The position numbers and the translations under genes were made by a program. The notes under the pieces are model-generated. The model saw only the letters and a program-made list of their open reading frames with translations. It was not told the DNA's origin and did not search any database. From Oculina patagonica (lineage: Eukaryota): a stretch of DNA of 64,000 nucleotides. The DNA is taken from assembly GCF_052425735.1 (NCBI RefSeq), contig NC_135761.1:59210001-59274000 (forward strand), given 5' to 3'. Below, one piece after another: positions 61,306-64,000 of this stretch (its first letter is position 1; the number at the start of each line of letters is the position of its first letter).

Positions 61306-62223
61306 TTATCTTAGAATAAGGCGCTTCACTGAGTTATAATATGCTTCAAAGCGAAGTGTGAGAGTTATTGGTGCAAGGACATCTGGTAGAAACAACAGTG
61401 ATATTGAAAATCGCTGCCAGAAAAATTCCACCTCAGTTGTTGAGCTAGGATTCTGGTTTTTAACTTCGATAATTTTCACAATATACCAAGGCAAAATACA
61501 CAGTGACAGAGGTACCAAAAATAAAGATACAACTTTCAGATATTTTCTCGCTGTTCGTGTGGAATGTTTCCTGTGAAGTTCTAACTTTTCTACGGGCTGA
61601 GGAATTTCGTCACTCACAACTCTGTTCTTGTGTTTCAGTTTCCAATAAGTGACGAAAGTCATGATGAGCGAAAGCAACATTGGGAACGAAAAGAAAACAT
61701 GAATGTAAACTGTGTAGAAGACATTTTCGTTTACCCCGGCAAACGATGAACACACAAAAAGTAGTAAGAACGACTCCGTGATAAATAAAGTGATGAACGT
61801 TCTCCTTTTTGTCGTCATTCGACGATGAAGATACGGAGAAATAAACGCTGCGCATCGTTCGATGGAAATGAAAAGAGATACTTGAACGTTTGCTTGCGCA
61901 AAGACAAAAAACGTCGAAGACAAGTAGCTTGGAAAATGGATAGTTGTCGCGGTAATTTCTAAGCCATGAAGAATCTCAGCGATTCCAAAATACGGCAGAA
62001 ACATTATGCCGGCCATAAGGTTAGCGTAGAAGAAAGCTTTATGAATTTTGTCAATGACTTTGTCGAAACGAAGAGGATTCTTGGCTGTCGCGAAGATTAA
62101 AACAATGTTTGTGAAACAGATCGTCACTGAAAGTAACAGCGAGAAGCATCCATTTAAAATCAAAATGACAAACTCAAATCTCCTCAACTTATCTTCGTCT
62201 CCCTCTGTGGTTATATTACGCAT
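61306..62223 (-). CDS. Intronless rhodopsin-type orphan GPCR (B), distant paralogue of A
   Basis: 305 aa from MRNITT (N-glycan site), about seven hydrophobic segments, SIERC; shares KNPL, LPYFG, ARKYL, ILPWY and FWQRF with A. Confidence 0.85.
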   Translation of the reverse strand: MRNITTEGDEDKLRRFEFVILILNGCFSLLLSVTICFTNIVLIFATAKNPLRFDKVIDKIHKAFFYANLMAGIMFLPYFGIAEILHGLEITATTIHFPSYLSSTFFVFAQANVQVSLFISIERCAAFISPYLHRRMTTKRRTFITLFITESFLLLFVCSSFAGVNENVFYTVYIHVFFSFPMLLSLIMTFVTYWKLKHKNRVVSDEIPQPVEKLELHRKHSTRTARKYLKVVSLFLVPLSLCILPWYIVKIIEVKNQNPSSTTEVEFFWQRFSISLLFLPDVLAPITLTLRFEAYYNSVKRLILR

Positions 62224-62892
62224 TTTAAGGAGCAACACTTTTTTCAAGACTTAGGCAAATTGCAGCATAACAATGACCCAAAAGGTTTGAAATAGCGAGC
62301 TTCACGCGAAGTTATAAACTCTGCTAAATATCCGATTTTGTCGCCTCGTAATATAATAGCGACGGAAGAAACACTTAAAATATATTGGCAACTATTTGCT
62401 TTTGAATTTTCTGGCCAATCCGAGTGAACATAAAGTTAATTGAAATTGAATATGCTGAGTTGTGTAGGGAAAGAAAGACAGCTGTAAATTACCATGGAAA
62501 ACAACATTACGCCGAGACAATACCAAGCAGATGGAACTCACAGCCGACTGAGCATATTAACTTATTGGTCTAGTGATATGTTGCCAGGCTTAAGTAGAAA
62601 ATTTGTATAACCAACTTTCTAACAAATCTTCAAGAAACTGGTTTTTTTAAAAAAAAACATGTGGTTGTTTTTATGGAAACAGTGTGACATTAAGAATTAG
62701 AATCAATGACAAACTGGCTTTGTGTTCATCATAGTGCAAAAATTGAGTAATCAAAATACGCCACCTCCTAATTACAACAGAAAATATTAATCTAAATTTG
62801 AATTTCAACTTAAATGCAGTATAATGGTTTCCAGCCGCAATCCCTGATGTTTGGAAAAGATTGGTTTAAAATTCCTTACTGATCACAATGAC

Positions 62893-63100
62893 ATCACAGT
62901 CTGCGAACTTCAATATCAAAATAAAACGCAAACTGTTGAGCTACCTTACAAAACGGAACATTCTCTGTATGTACCATTTTGTGCAATTACCACAATTTTT
63001 TATTTTAAATCACAGTCTGCGAACTTCAATGTCAAAATAAAACGCAAACTGTTGAGTTACCTTACAAAACGGAACATTTTCCGTATTTACCCTTTTGTGC
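62893..63100. repeat. 115-bp-period tandem duplication
   Basis: ATCACAGTCTGCGAACTTCAAT..CCTTACAAAACGGAACATT at 62893 and 63008. Confidence 0.85.
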
Positions 63101-63282
63101 AACTAAAGATTTACTGTTTTTGCAAAACATAACTCGAACAGAACAGAACCCGTAACTCCAAGAGGATAATGGCTTAGACAACGCAAATTGATTAGGATGC
63201 ACAGTACATCTAAAAGTGTTTCCTTCGAGGTCTCCGATATGAAATCCACCATCATATCATGCACGAAATAACGTCGTAATTT

Positions 63283-64000
63283 CTAGCTGCCCGCCGCCTT
63301 CTTAGATGAGGCGATGACACACGGAAGAGAACTACCAAAGCTGCCTAAACAATGGACGAAAAAATGTTCAGATCAATGTTTTTTCTAATACACCTTTATT
63401 ATTTGCAAATATTTTTTCGTCTTCGACAAGAAGCAAATAAACTACAAGAAGCCAAGTATTACACAAGGGAAATAATAAAACGTAAAACATAAACGAGATG
63501 CGTGAACCATTCCTTTCACTCAGTCAATCATGCTTCGTTTTATTGTTCCCGAGAGTTGGCCCTCAACGACCATAATGACCTGAAATGAAAAAAATAATTA
63601 AACGGTAATTAATTAGTGCGCGTTGGGTTCTGATCTGGAGTGACATCTCACTTATTCCATTCTTGTATAAGTATCCCTATTTGAAGGAAATTTGGCTCAT
63701 AAGGTCAAATATGGCGCATGTACACCTTTGGGCAGAATATAGGTTATGTGCAATAAAAATAAAATAAAAAGTGTCAGAAAAAGTCACCTTGTGAAACACT
63801 GTACATGGCATCGAATCCTTTTCTGGTATTACGACGATTGGATTTAAAAATAATCGTTATCTTTTCTCCCGTTCCTCGGATAAACACCCTGGTAACATAT
63901 GGTGAACGATAACGGTTCCTCATCCGGGACCCATAACGGCTCTTTGCCCGGGAGCCATAGCGACTTCTCATCCGGGACACACGGCGGCTCTTTGTTCGTC
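63283..64000 (-). CDS. 3' end of a gene with a probable CUB-domain C-terminus (partial)
   Basis: Exon >64000-63788 ends KITIIFKSNRRNTRKGFDAMYSVSQ (CUB-like F-x-S..GF-x-A-x-Y) with a GT donor. Candidate last exon 63344-63283 (GSFGSSLPCVIASSKKAAGS*) is in phase. Confidence 0.55.

Overview
Eukaryotic, intron-containing, repeat-dense animal DNA. The repeat families, divergent intronless GPCRs and NLR architecture suggest a cnidarian, probably a stony coral; this is inference, as no marker gene is present. Left to right: (1) a hairpin-ended Crypton-like remnant. (2) An 8.7-kb element bounded by split direct repeats (A..BA..B, PAT/Ngaro-type tyrosine-recombinase retroelement layout). It encloses an antisense 14-exon KDZ-type transposase pseudogene, and one intron holds a circularly permuted hammerhead-ribozyme retrozyme monomer. 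(3) A probably secreted Ser-Gly-Glu repeat protein. (4) A duplicated intronless GPCR. (5) A full-length BEL/Pao LTR retrotransposon with identical LTRs. (6) A Helentron-like element carrying a tRNA-Ser-derived unit and a minisatellite. (7) A HEPN-coiled-coil-NACHT-LRR immune receptor with nine tandem LRR super-repeats and two frameshifts. (8) Further GPCR copies and the 3' end of a probable CUB-domain gene. Many MITEs and SINEs fill the gaps. All family assignments come from motif recognition by eye, not from searches.
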